From: Eledone cirrhosa
Lineage: Eukaryota
NCBI GenBank assembly: GCA_964016885.1
Contig: CAXHJY010001610.1
Coordinates: 1 to 56,340 of the forward strand
Direction: 5' to 3'
Length of the DNA: 56,340 nucleotides
Both the position numbers and the translations under genes were made by a program. The notes beneath the pieces are model-generated. The model was not told the DNA's origin, did no database searches, and worked only from the letters and a program-made list of their open reading frames with translations. Each line of letters starts with the position of its first letter. Within the stretch, counting starts at the first letter, position 1. Below, in pieces: positions 1 through 12,009 of this stretch.

Positions 1-416
1 ACCTTTGGCGGTACTCAGTAACAGAGAAGACCCCGCCCTTGCCAGTAGGCATATCTAACAAAATACACCCCTCCCGCCCGCCACCCCCACCCCATCCACA
101 CCACCCCGTTCTATGTAAAGTTATGTTGGTGCCGCGCCATCCAGGCCGAAACAAATGAGATCGTTGTAGGTGTCACGACAAAAAAAACACACAGTCCACG
201 CTGTAATGTGGCCGTGTAGGCAACACGGTAAAAACCTCCCAGACCCACACTGTAAATGTGGTTGGTGTTAGGAAGGGCATCCAACTGTAGAAAACCTGCC
301 AGAAAGTCCTATGCGAGCAAGACAATCACTCTTGCCTCAAGTGGGACTACCCCCGTCCAAACCCATGCAAGCGTGGAACACGGACGTTAAACGTTGATGA
401 TGATGATGATGATGAT
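1..416 (+). mobile_element. 3' end of an RTE-clade LINE (family B): last codons, 3'UTR and (GAT)n tail; element continues beyond the window start
   Basis: Near-identical to 34455-34885 and 39207-39612 (cctttggcggtactcagtaacagagaagac ... ggacgttaaacgttgatgatgat). Confidence 0.92.
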
Positions 417-622
417 ATATATGTATATATATATATGTGTATAATATATATATGTATATATATATATGTATTATATATATATATGTATATTATATATATG
501 TATATATATATATGTATATATGTATATGTATATATATATATATTTATATATATACATGTATATATATACATGTATATATATACATGTATATTATATATGT
601 ATATATATATATGTGTATGTAT
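417..622. repeat. (TA)n/(TATG)n compound microsatellite
   Basis: Direct reading of the sequence. Confidence 0.95.
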
Positions 623-852
623 AGGAGAGATGACCCCTTAGTCTTTGTCAAGGCAGAATTCTAGGAGAAGGAAAACTCTGATATAGCACCTGCAACCCTG
701 ATGGTATCCAATGATGTTGACTTGTTCTTCTTTTTGGTAAGTATCATCTTGGTTAAGAGAGTGGACTGGCTTTGTGCAGTGCCTTTGTATTGGTAAGTAT
801 CATCTTGGTTAAGAGAGTGGGACTGGCTTTGTGCAGTGCCTTTGTATTGGTA
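623..852 (+). mobile_element. Partial copy 1 of a short non-autonomous RTE-derived element, with an internal ~57-bp tandem duplication
   Basis: Matches ~1025-1190 and ~2125-2290; the segment gtaagtatcatcttggttaagagagtgg...gcctttgtattg occurs twice (~738-852). Confidence 0.7.
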
Positions 853-861
853 ACATGTATC

Positions 862-1427
862 CCAGTACACCTGTCTCATGGTCGGGTCGTTGGCGACCTA
901 AACTGGCAACCCCACCAAGGTTTCTTGGTGAGGAGGGTGACTTTGGACATCCTGCAGGACTAAAAACAAAACCTGTCAAAGGGTTAAGGAGCTCTTAAGA
1001 GTCAATGGCCAACCAAAATCACCGGGAGAGATGACCCCTTAGCCCTTTGTCAAGGCAGAATTCTAGGAGAAGGAAAACTCTGATATAACACCTGCAACTC
1101 TGATGGTATCCAATGATGTTGACTTGTTCTTCTTTTTGGTAAATATCATCTTGGTCAAGAGAGTGGGACTGGCTTTGTGCACTGCCTTTGCTCACTATAA
1201 AAGCTTCATGGCACAGCATTGCTTTATATCTGGAGATCTCTCTGCACTTGTCGTCACATGGGCCCAGCACTATGTGTCAATGATTATCACAAGTGTAGTG
1301 TTTGTACCAGAGTTTTCAAGTCGCTGGCTGGGACTAAAAAGTCACACACGTTCAGCGCATCGGTAGGGGGTTCTCCTACATGGATATAAAGTAGTGGCCA
1401 TACTCGAAAGCGAGTTGGCAGCACCAT
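862..1427 (+). mobile_element. Longest copy (2) of the non-autonomous RTE-derived element: RTE-type 5'UTR joined to a C2H2-finger remnant and a 3' stem-loop
   Basis: RTE 5'UTR-like motif ctaggagaaggaaaactctgat. The consensus of the copies translates [25 protein letters not shown] at 1288-1366. A terminal stem-loop gcca-ta-ctcg-aaag-cgag-t-tggc is followed by a (TATG)n tract. Confidence 0.7.
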
Positions 1428-2122
1428 GTATTATATATATATGTATGTATATGTATTGTATGTATGTATGTATGTGTGTATATATGTATGTATATATATG
1501 TATATATGTATGTATGTGTATGTGTGTATGTATGTATATTGTATATATGTATGTATATATATAATATATATATGTATGTATATATATGTGTATGTATATG
1601 TATATATATATATGTATGTATGTGTATATGTATGTATGTATGTATATATATAGTATGTATATGTGTATGTGTGTATGTATGTAATATATATATGTATGTG
1701 TATGTATATATATATGTATGTATATTGTATATTATATGTATGTATGTATGTATATATGTATGTATATATGTGTAATATATAGTATGTATGTATGTATATA
1801 TATGTGTGTATGTATATATATGTGTGTATGTATGTATGTATGTATATATATATATATGTATGTATGTATATATATATATAATGTGTGTATGTATATATGT
1901 ATATATGTATGTATGTATATGTGTATATATATATGTATGTATATGTATGTATATATGTATGTATGTATATGTATATATATATATGTATGTATATTGTATA
2001 TATATATATGTATGTATATGTATATATATATATGTATATGTATATATTATGTGTATGTATATGTATGTATATATGTATATATTATATATGTATGTATTAT
2101 ATATATATACATATATATGTAT
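1428..2122. repeat. (TATG/TA/TG)n compound microsatellite
   Basis: Direct reading of the sequence. Confidence 0.95.
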
Positions 2123-2532
2123 CCGGGAGAGATGACCCCTTAGCCTTTGTCAAGGCAGAATTCTAGGAGAAGGAAAACTCTGATATAACACCTGCAACCC
2201 TGATGGTATCCAATGATGTTGACTTGTTCTTCTTTTGGTAATATCATCTTGGTTAAGAGAGTGGGACTGGCTTTGTGCAGTGCCTTTGCTCACTATAAAA
2301 GCTTCACGGCACAGGCATTGCTTTATATCTGGAGATCTCTCTGCATTTGTCGTCACATGTACCATGGGCCCAGCACTATGTGTCAATAATTGTCACAAGT
2401 GTAGTGTTTTGTACCAGAGCTTTCAAGTCGCTGCTGGACTAAAAAGTCACACTCGTTCAGCGCATCAGTAGGGGTTCTCCTACATGGATATAAAGTAGTG
2501 GCCGTACTCGAAAACGAGTTGGCAGCCACCAT
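2123..2532 (+). mobile_element. Copy 3 of the non-autonomous RTE-derived element
   Basis: Colinear with 1022-1427, ends in gagttggcagccaccat followed by microsatellite. Confidence 0.75.
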
Positions 2533-2541
2533 ATATGTATG

Positions 2542-2572
<31 letters not shown>

Positions 2573-2623
2573 GTATGTATGTATATATATATGTATGTAT
2601 GTATATATATATGTATGTATATA

Positions 2624-2775
2624 TGTCAATAATTGTCACAAGTGTAGTGTTTGTACCAGAGTTTTCAAGTCGCTGGCTGGACTAAAAAGTCACACTCGTT
2701 CAGCATATCGGTAGGGGTTCTCCTACATGGATATAAAGTAGTGGCCGTACTCGAAAACGAGTTGGCAGCCACCAT
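2624..2775 (+). mobile_element. 5'-truncated copy 4 of the same element (zinc-finger remnant and 3' end)
   Basis: 2637-2714 reads [25 protein letters not shown]; same 3' stem-loop and microsatellite tail. Confidence 0.75.
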
Positions 2776-2851
2776 GTATATATGTATATGTATGTATATA
2801 TGTATATATATATATATATGTATGTATATATATATATATATGTATGTATGT

Positions 2852-2970
2852 GAAGGCGTGTGGCTGAGTGGTTAGAGTATTCGATTCACAATCGTGAGGT
2901 TGTGAGTTCGATTCCTGAACCAGGCGATGCGTTATGCCCTTGAGCAAGACACTTTATTTCACATTGCTCC
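2852..2970 (+). mobile_element. tRNA-derived SINE, 5' part (family 1)
   Basis: A box tggctgagtgg (2861-2871) and B box gagttcgattcc (2904-2915), then ccttgagcaagacactttatttcacattgctcc, which is shared with other copies in the window. Confidence 0.8.
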
Positions 2971-3070
2971 TTCTACCTGGAGTTGCGACCGATAGATAGT
3001 ATTAGCAATTGGAAAGACCAACGGAAACATAGTTTCCTCGGTCCGATTTGACGAAAGTCGATCGACTAGA

Positions 3071-3181
3071 ATGTATGTATATATATATATATGTATGTAT
3101 ATATATATATATGTATGTATGTATATATATATGTATGTATGTATGTATATATGTATGTATGTATATATATATATATATGTA

Positions 3182-3232
<51 letters not shown>

Positions 3233-3251
3233 GTATCTCTCTATATATATC

Positions 3252-3282
<31 letters not shown>

Positions 3283-3288
3283 ACATAC
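3071..3288. repeat. (TATG)n/(TA)n/(TG)n microsatellite
   Basis: Direct reading of the sequence. Confidence 0.95.
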
Positions 3289-4249
3289 AACATTCTGACC
3301 ATGTCTGTTGCGAGAGGTATTTAAATTAAAGGCGTCAGAGCTGAGCTACAAACAAGACAAGCTATAGCCACCATTAAGTACGTTCCGGGCAGTTTGAAAA
3401 GGAGACCAGCTGGATGGACAAAGTGGTAAGTAGTTCAGTGGTTGTTGAACAATGAAAATAAGAACCGGATTCACAGCAGATCTAGAAAGAAGACAAGCAG
3501 CAGCTCTGCTGAAACCATTCTCTTAAAAAAATACAAATCCCTATAGACTTAGTTGAAGACAACATTAAGAATGCATACATACACCTTTTTTCTTTCTTTC
3601 GTCTTCCTCTTTAATTGTAGTTATTAAAATAGTTTGCTCTGGGGGTGGGGTAGTGGGATGCGGAAGGAGATAAAAACGGATACGAAAAGAAACAAAAATA
3701 ACAAGCAAAAGAAGAGAAAAAAAAGTTCTGACAGGCTCATTATCGCCATTGAATGAAATAAATGTGATGACTCATCACAAATTTGACCAATGGTCAAGAT
3801 ACCCTGTCCAAGATATCCACCGCCGCCATCATCACCTCCCACGTTTAGTCACCAACCCAACAGATCACAAAGGTTAAACACCCACCCATTTACTGTGTCC
3901 ACTTAAAATATTTTAATCTTTTTTGTTCAAGTATCCCCAAAAGTACTTAGTGGCGTGTGATGGTGGACGAGGGAAGTTCTCTGTGAGAGAGAGACTGGCT
4001 ACCCACAATTTTTTAAAAACTTAGTCTGTTTACGAGGCGTCAAACGAGATTACAATTTGGTGATGAGGGGGCAGTTTTATTTTATTTACTTTTTTAATTT
4101 CTTAACACGACATCGTTTGATTATTACTTAAAATACCAATGTATTGATTCCGAGTTGTCAACTACAAAATTAGTACACCTGTGCGTGTGTGGTGTCTGAA
4201 ACGGCACGCACACACACGGAAAACAATCTCTATTGAAATACTTTTCAAG

Positions 4250-4620
4250 AGTAGTTGACCCGTTATTTTGTGAAACTTGGATCTTGCACTCTCGTCTACA
4301 GAGCCGTTTAGATTGATGTTAGGCTCAAAATATTCCTTGGCAGGCCCATCCCACGCTTAATCAGATATACGGAAAAATCCCAAAAGTAAGTGCACAACAT
4401 TGACTGTCGTACAAGGTTTGCTGGTCATTGCTTCTGCGCAGATGAAATGGTTTCAGACCTCATGTTGTGGGAAATCTCTAGCAGAAATCTCAGATACCAG
4501 GACACCATAGTAAAAGACACTGTAATTGACAAGGATAACCTACAAACCTTGATGGGAAACAGACTATTGGCATAAAGTTGTACTTGCTGTTTTGCCTAAG
4601 GGCGATGGATAAGATAAACG
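4250..4620 (+). pseudogene. Degenerate 3' fragment of an RTE-group LINE
   Basis: The peptide RTRFAGHCFCADEMVSDLMLWE resembles the C-terminal 'RLRFAGHC.R' region of RTE-group ORFs; boundaries approximate. Confidence 0.45.
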
Positions 4621-4754
4621 GGTTGGTTGCGTACCCCGATTCAAAAGGAAACGAACAGTATATTCACAAAATCCTACCTAACGGCAAATATATATATATA
4701 TCTCCCTCCTTAATCTCAGTGCTTATTACAGTTTATATTTTTCTACCTTGCGAA

Positions 4755-4975
4755 AAGTATTCAGCTCGTGATCGTAAGGCGGTGAGTTTGATTCCCGGAC
4801 CTAGCGGCGCATTGTGTTCCTGAACAAGACACGATTTTTCACGTTGTCCACTCAGTTGGCAAAAATGAATTGTGCCTTTGATTCAAAGGACCAGCTTTGT
4901 TATGCTGAATCTCTCTGGAGCACGCTGATCCGTTGACCAAACAACTGGTTCACTCGTTGTAAGTCCGAAACGTGA
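4755..4975 (+). mobile_element. Degenerate tRNA-SINE (family 1)
   Basis: gagtttgattcc B-box variant and tgtgttcctgaacaagacac, homologous to 2877-2970. Confidence 0.6.
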
Positions 4976-5134
4976 GAAATCACTGCATACGTAATCAACA
5001 TTTTTTTTTGTCACTTTTGCCTACTCAGGCCATTACAAGTTTCCTCAGAATTCCGCATATTTTCCTCTTGTGTATGTAGTACCCATCCATAGACCCTTAA
5101 CTCCTGATGAAGTCATAGGGGCGCTGCTGTGATA

Positions 5135-5275
5135 TATGGATAAAATGCCATTGCGGTATTATTCTAACTCTTAATATTCTGAGTTCAAAACTCGCCAAGG
5201 TCAAGTACTGGGGTTGATTTAATCAATTTTGCCCTTCCTCAAATTTTCTGGCCTTGTGCCTAAATTAGAAATTAA
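5135..5275 (+). mobile_element. Degenerate tRNA-SINE (family 2)
   Basis: ttctgagttcaaaactcgccaaggtcaa ... ggccttgtgcctaaattagaaa matches the head and tail of 20556-20958. Confidence 0.5.
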
Positions 5276-6639
5276 TATTTACCAGGTGTTAATTCTTTTA
5301 ATATCAAACCGCGTGAAACTGCCCCTTGTTCCATGATACAAAGCTGTTTATAGTAGTGTTCATATTCCATCATAATTTTATGTAAGAAGCTTTTAGTTAT
5401 ATTTATGTTCTAGTAATAAGAAAGTTAGTTACATAACTAAATCCTTCTAAATTCTTGCTTATTTCCCAAATCACAGGCAGTGTCTTTTATTAAAGACATG
5501 GAAACGAAAGGGTTAAATGAATCCAGAGTCGATGGCTTAAGTTTAATTAGTGAATGTCGGAGTCTAATCGGGGGTTCAAATCTGTAAACAAATATTGATG
5601 ACCAGTGTTCCGAGGACTGTTATTTTAAGTTGCGGGGGGAAGAGGAGATGGCCCTGGTCTATTTCATCGCCCCTCAGACTGGTGGAAAGGATAGAGGTAG
5701 CCTCATATTGAAGACCTGGCCCGAGTGTTACTAACAGAGTGGACTCTGCTAAAGACATCTAAGAAGGTTACAGTGAAATTTGAACTCAGCACGCAGGCTC
5801 GATCTCACGGCGTGACACTTTGAACACGTGCTTACTAGACAGAAGATAATCGTCAATAAAGTGACTGTCGTAATTTAGCATTACTGATTTCTAATTTAAG
5901 GACAAGACCAACAATATTTTTATGAGGGGGAGGAGAGTCGATTAAATTGTGCAACATATTGCTAAGCATTTCCCCCACTCTGCTATATATGATCCTCTAA
6001 AACTATGGCAGGCGGTGTCCTAGTATAGTCGTAGGTCAATGACTGATGCCAGTAAAGGAACGACATTACATAATAGAATAACTGATGTTGAAATAGCAAA
6101 GCGCATGCTTTATAAAGCAATACCATAACTACTACTGCTTTATGAAACCAGGCAGTCATGCTGCCTTCCTAGCCTCATTTTGGATATCATAATTAAATTC
6201 CTCTCTTTGTGTGTGTATATAAAATATAGATGTTTTTATGTGTATAAAACCAGAAGTATTTACTGAATAAAGAAGTCAATACGTGACAAGTTAAATTTTC
6301 ATTTTCTAAAAGCTGACTTGCTTCAAAATTTCGCCAAATCTGGGTTTTTAAGCTTGTATATACAATTAAGAGTGGTTTTCCGAAGAGGAACGAAAGGGAA
6401 ACACAGTTAAATAAGGCACTCATGACACTAGTAGGGAAGACACATATGTATTTCATTCGTTTGAAACCAACCGGAAAGTCCTGATAATTTCAAACGAATG
6501 AAACAGTTCTAGTCTCGTAGAAGTCATTCCCCCATTATATATATTGCTTTGTTTTGCAAATTTTTTATCAGTATAAGGGGTTTTCTTAAAGGGTAAGTTC
6601 TGATGATTAGGGATCTGATTGAGATACCTAGTTTTCTAC

Positions 6640-7870
6640 TATTTTAATTTTTAGTTTATCTAAAGCCCTTCTAAATCTAGAAGTTAGTTCGACTTTGGAG
6701 TGTAGCATTGACGAACACCACATTGATATTTTTGTTAACCGTATCCAGTTTATTTCTTATCCCTTCTATCCCATTCCATGGTTTTCGCCTATACGTGGAA
6801 CCTACTCCATTCATATTGTTTTCCGTGGTAGTTTTCATTTTGCCCTGGTTCTTTTGTACACTCCGAGCCCACCCTTTGGTTGAATCATGCTGTAGATAAA
6901 GTGTTGTGTGTCTCTGTAGTACTTTAGAGCCCTACACGCCGGACAGGTTTTTCATCACTCTTACTAGGTCCACTATTAGGGTGTTAATTTTTATGCTGTC
7001 TGAAATTGCTTAGCTTAGGTGGAGGCCGTGGGTTTAATGTAATATAAACGGAGGGTTCTTCATTATTTCTAGTTTCCAGTCTAATTTCTGTGTGTTATCC
7101 CGTAGATGTGCCTTTCCTACATATAGGTAGTGGGAGTACATAGTGCTATGGAGTTCCTTGCTATGTGTTCTCTAAGCCTCCTGTCTTACCATAAAAAGAT
7201 TGGCCAAGTCACCAGCGATGCTGATGGTACTTACGTGTCTTCTGAGTTATCTCGAACCGCGAAAGGTCTCTGGAAGAGACTTGCAACCACTAGCTCTGTA
7301 TAGAATGCTAACGTGAAAGTTCCATTGTCACATTGTTCCACTGGTAGTGTCTGACAACATATCAAATGTCAGGTCCCCCAGTCTCGGCCTTCGCTTGACC
7401 TAGGACTGCTGGCCCGCCAAAGAGATCAGCTGTTGGAAAGCATGCATGACAAAGGACGCCCGCACCTAATCACTGTGCAGGAATCTTTGTAGTTGGTGGA
7501 TCTTCAGCTATGATGTTATAGTTGATGATGTTCAGATATACACTGAGACTGCATGTAGGGGGTATGGACCGCCTAACCATTGGAATGCGTTCCTGCCACA
7601 AGAATAGAAAAACAACTAGAGTAAGGCTTAACGGACCACTCTCCTCTTATTCTCATCCCAGTTCCAAACCAGCTGGATGATAGAACTGAATCAGTCCACG
7701 ACGCTATCCGACGGCATGGACTTACCGCTCCCGGAGCCAAGCTACAAATCCACCTACATGCCCGGGTTAATCTTTGCCCCTTTCATCGCCTCCTATTACT
7801 CGCGAATGATGTCAACCATTCCAGTGATGTTCCCTCATACCAACACGACATTCCTCCGCTCCAGTATATA
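6640..7870 (-). pseudogene. Highly degenerate L1/Tx1-like LINE ORF2 3' half
   Basis: Minus-strand 7694-7780 reads GAKINPG..DL.LGSGSGKSMPSDSVVD (post-YADD 'GAKIN..KS' region). A CPAC...QH motif near 6900-6947 resembles the C-terminal zinc-binding domain. Many stops. Confidence 0.45.
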
Positions 7871-10479
7871 ACAAGATTGAAACATGTCTGCCACATTCAC
7901 TCGTTGTCTTTATTTACTGATAATTCAGATTGGAGTGGGATTTGTCTCCACGGCGGAAGTTTTTGTCTTCTATTTGCAAAGATAATATCTAAGTTAATTA
8001 AAATTTTCCAACTCACTGTATTACGTATATGAGTTTCTACCAGATTTTATTCTTTTTATTGGTTTCCGTAATTAGTCTGAGACTATGCTGGGGGACTCCC
8101 TCGACTCCTCCCCCCTCTCCAGTACCTTTTTGGATCGATCCCATTTTTGTCGAATTGATAAGTTTCGGGACATAAACACAGATACAGATACAAACGTAAA
8201 CATGTGACGGGCTTCTGCAGTTTCTGTCCACCTAATCCGAGGCTATAGTTTTCTCCTTTCGGGGGTCGATAAAGAAAGTACCAGCCGAGAGCTGGTGCAG
8301 CCCTCTTTCTTTCCAGCTATCACGACTGCATATATACCAAAAACCCTTATCGAAAGAATGATACATACTACCAAGTCATACTCAATTGCGAATGACGATC
8401 ATAGTTATATATAAACACCTTTGGTTTTCCTCACATTACTTTTAATACACCTGGAAGTATGTGTGTTTTTGTTAGTTTGAATCCCCAATGATACGAACTC
8501 GGGCAGTGTGGTAGAATGCTCTCTCAAGCCACCTCGTAATCCGAGCAGACAGTATGGAGAAAGTGTCATTCCGGAGAATAAATAGCGAGGGAGATGCGTT
8601 GGAGACATGGTTGTATATATGCGCGTGCGTATAGTATGCCGTTAATAGCGGTGAAAACCAAGAAAAATATTCCATTTATCGGTTTAGTATGATTAATGTA
8701 CGCTCACACAATAAGGTATGTAGTATATTTTGATACCAGCAGAAATAGTTTCGCCTTCAGGAGCTGTCAAATATCGAATCAATCAGTTTTGTTTATTTTG
8801 AATTTGAACAGACTTCTTACCCTCTTCCTTTCCTTTTCTTCTCTCTCTCACTCTTTTTTCACACATACACACAGAGCTAATCCCGAGATCTAACTGCGAG
8901 CCGATAAGCTGATCCCTGTTATATTGGGGGAGAGAGAAGGGCGGAGAAGCAGTACTTCAGATCATCATAGCCAACAGGTAGAGGAGAATAATTTGCATAG
9001 AGGCACAGTTCCGCTTCACTGAATAAACCAAGTAAAACCTCGGCCACGAGTTGGGTTTGAACTTCTCTCTCTGCTCCACATGTGCGACGAGAGGGGGAAA
9101 CATTCAATCAAAGGGGTATTCAACTATTTTTTATAATTATCTCTGCACAGTAGCGACTATATTTTCAAATTTCCCAATGCTTTGTAAGCTAACCAAATGT
9201 TTAAATAAATAAATAATTTATTTTATATTTGCAACACAAACCGCAAAACACATAAACACGACTATCACTGTCACTACCCGACACAAGTCATACCGTCACA
9301 AATAAATAGAAAAACCTAGAAATAGCAACCAAATATTTCTCATCACATCCTTGCTATGATACATCGGATAGTGATGGTCACATCTGGAACACCTTTCCTC
9401 TTTATTCGATCAGTGGTGCTAAATAACACTATACTGCACAGCCAGCAGCAAACATTGTCATAGTTTTAAAAGAAAAAGAAATCTAAGGATTATACGGAGA
9501 GAACGGGGAGTGAGAGCGAGCGAAAAAGGAAAAGAAAGAATTTTATGTTGTTTGTATGATGTTTACAGCACGCCAATGTATATACGTTCGCGTGTTTTAG
9601 CGCCAAATTCACTCAGCCCTCTAGTTGACTCCGCCCACCTAACGGTCATTTCATTCATATTTTGAATATCGCCTTCACTACAACGAATACTACCACCACC
9701 ATCAGCATATAAGTAGGCGGAGATAAGCAACTACTTGGCGTGTAGTAGAGCGTAAGTTGCCGCGCTAGTCAGCCGGTCTTTTGCCACTCCTCCCACATCT
9801 CAGGCATGCAACCGTTGATTTAAATAAGGGCTTGTGTTAAGAATACAGAGAACAATGAAAATCTTACAAATAAAACTAACGCAGAATGTTATTACTAGTT
9901 AAGTACAGGCCACCATACTTGATGTACTGAACCGAAATAATCAAAAATTTAATTAATTTATGCAGGACAATAACTCTAATACATTGGACAGAGATGGTCA
10001 CGACTGGAATGTCTTCTCCCTTAATGGATCAGTACTGATCTTTACTCTCTATAATCATATCTCCTGACATGTTTCGGTCTTATTGAACCCCCTCAGCTGT
10101 GTATAATCAACACAAGGCTCCCTGATCCCTGATTGACTTGAAGATTTTTGAGTTTTGATGTCATGAAAATTCACTGACAGATTCGACCCCTTCCCTTCCA
10201 TAATTTAATTCAATCGAATATCTGAGAGCTACCACTCGAACATTAATGAATTTTCTTATCATTACAATTATATATTTCGAACGATAAAAAATGATTTCCT
10301 TCTACGTCAAGTAGACTGCCCTTAATTATATGTTCTTTATGCAAAAAGCTCCCGTATTCTTTTTTTTTTTTTTCCCCTTTTTTCAGTCATTCGACTGCGA
10401 CTATGCTGGGGCACTTTTGGGATTTATTCAATTAAACTAATATTCCAGTTGTTCGAAAACGGAAGAAACAGACCTGTGA

Positions 10480-10688
10480 CTGAGCATTCCACAAACATGT
10501 GTACTCCTAACATAGTTCTGTGACAACGGCGAGCCCTTTGACTCACAGGTACAACTAATTTTTCCCCAGTTGAATTGACTGGAGCAACGTGAAATAATGT
10601 ATTTTGTTCAGAGAAAATACGCTCCGGAAATCGAACTCAACCTAGCGATCATGAGCTGAACACTTTACGCTAAATCACGTACCTTCAC
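10480..10688 (-). mobile_element. tRNA-SINE family 1, degenerate
   Basis: The reverse complement begins gtgaaggtacgtgatttagcg, has the B box gagttcgatttcc and the tatttcacgttgctccag core. Confidence 0.65.
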
Positions 10689-11125
10689 TATATTTTAAAA
10701 AATCATATTAAACAAATAAATATAATAAAGGAAGGTCTGCGGGATTGCGTCCAGAATATATTTTTTTACCCCGTTTGTAAAATAAGTTGGATTACTTTGA
10801 ATAAATAATGAATGAATATTACATAATTTATGTGCTAAATTTCGTGGCTGTTGATTAAATATATTTTATAGCTTAATCTTTAAAACTCACTTCTTTAAAT
10901 TATCAAATGTCAACACTTCCTGTTAGCCGCCGTTATATTATAACACTTATATTTCCGTCGCTAATTTTCTCCTAATGCAGTTTATATATAATGTCGTCTT
11001 TAAAAAAAAATATATCATGGATTATTGTTCAATTTCTGTGTATATTGTCAATTACGATTTTATTTGATGTATCATATCTACATGCATATATATTTGTGTA
11101 TAATATACACACTACACATGCTAGC

Positions 11126-11305
11126 AGAAATAATTGTTTCTACTTTTGGCACAAGGCCAACAATTACCCAGTACATTACTGGTACTTTATTTTATCGACC
11201 CCGTATGGATGAAAGGCAAAGTTAACCTCGGCGGGATTTGAACTCAGATCATAAAGGGACGTAACTATGCTGGAAAGCATGTCCGAGCCTCTACCGATAC
11301 TGCCA
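11126..11305 (-). mobile_element. tRNA-SINE family 2 (central gcctttcatcc..ggggtcgataaaataaagtaccag domain, resembling the Meta/Sauria-SINE core)
   Basis: Reverse complement of the 20556-20755 type; B box ctgagttcaaatcc. The domain name is recalled from memory, not from a search. Confidence 0.8.
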
Positions 11306-12009
11306 AAGAAATAATAATGGTCAATACTGGATAATCGCACCGTGCTGCCCAGTGACGTAGCATGGGCTTCCATGGTCCAGAAGCAAATACACTGTTGGCA
11401 AGCATGCTAGCCCAGAGAATATTTTGTCACATCATACCTGACTTTACCTTGTCTGTGAGTCTTGTAAAAAAAAAAAAAACAGACAAAAATTGCTTTGGCC
11501 AGCAAATGGCTCGATTTCGGTAATTGTAAGTAAGTTGCTACGGTGGCGAAAGCAAATGTATATTTTTGTTTGTGGTGTGAAGCAACCATAAAACAATGAC
11601 AACTGAATATGATAGCGAACACATTGAATATGATAACGAACATTCTACCTAATTAAGATGGGACCTATTATGTTGTTAGAACTCAATGTAGTGTAGATAT
11701 AATGAATATCTCATTGAAACAAAGTGAAATCTTTTTGTGGAAGAATGGCATCTTATATGTTGTTTGAGTATTCAAAGAACAACCGAGTCAACTATATCGG
11801 TTGAACAATAAAAACAAAAAGACGAAGTTCAGTGCTTAATTGATCCATTGTTTCACGGTCGTTTCAAAGAGTGAAATGAACCATGATAATACCGATACTA
11901 ATCGATAGCAGTTATGTAACACCAGCCTCAACAAAATACGTCCATCTTACTGTTTTCCATCAGAAAGAATGGTTTCTGATAATGAACTATGAGATAATTT
12001 TATTGAGGT

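Noticed and set aside
2852-2925. tRNA gene
   Set aside because: A and B boxes are present, but there is no proper acceptor stem and the sequence runs into a SINE core found in several degenerate copies.
347-3329. Numerous I/Y/M/C/V-rich ORFs (also 29290-30270, 34806-35210, 42444-42626 and 55903-56230)
   Set aside because: They are translations of (TA)n, (TATG)n and (TG)n microsatellites, which lack stop codons in several frames.
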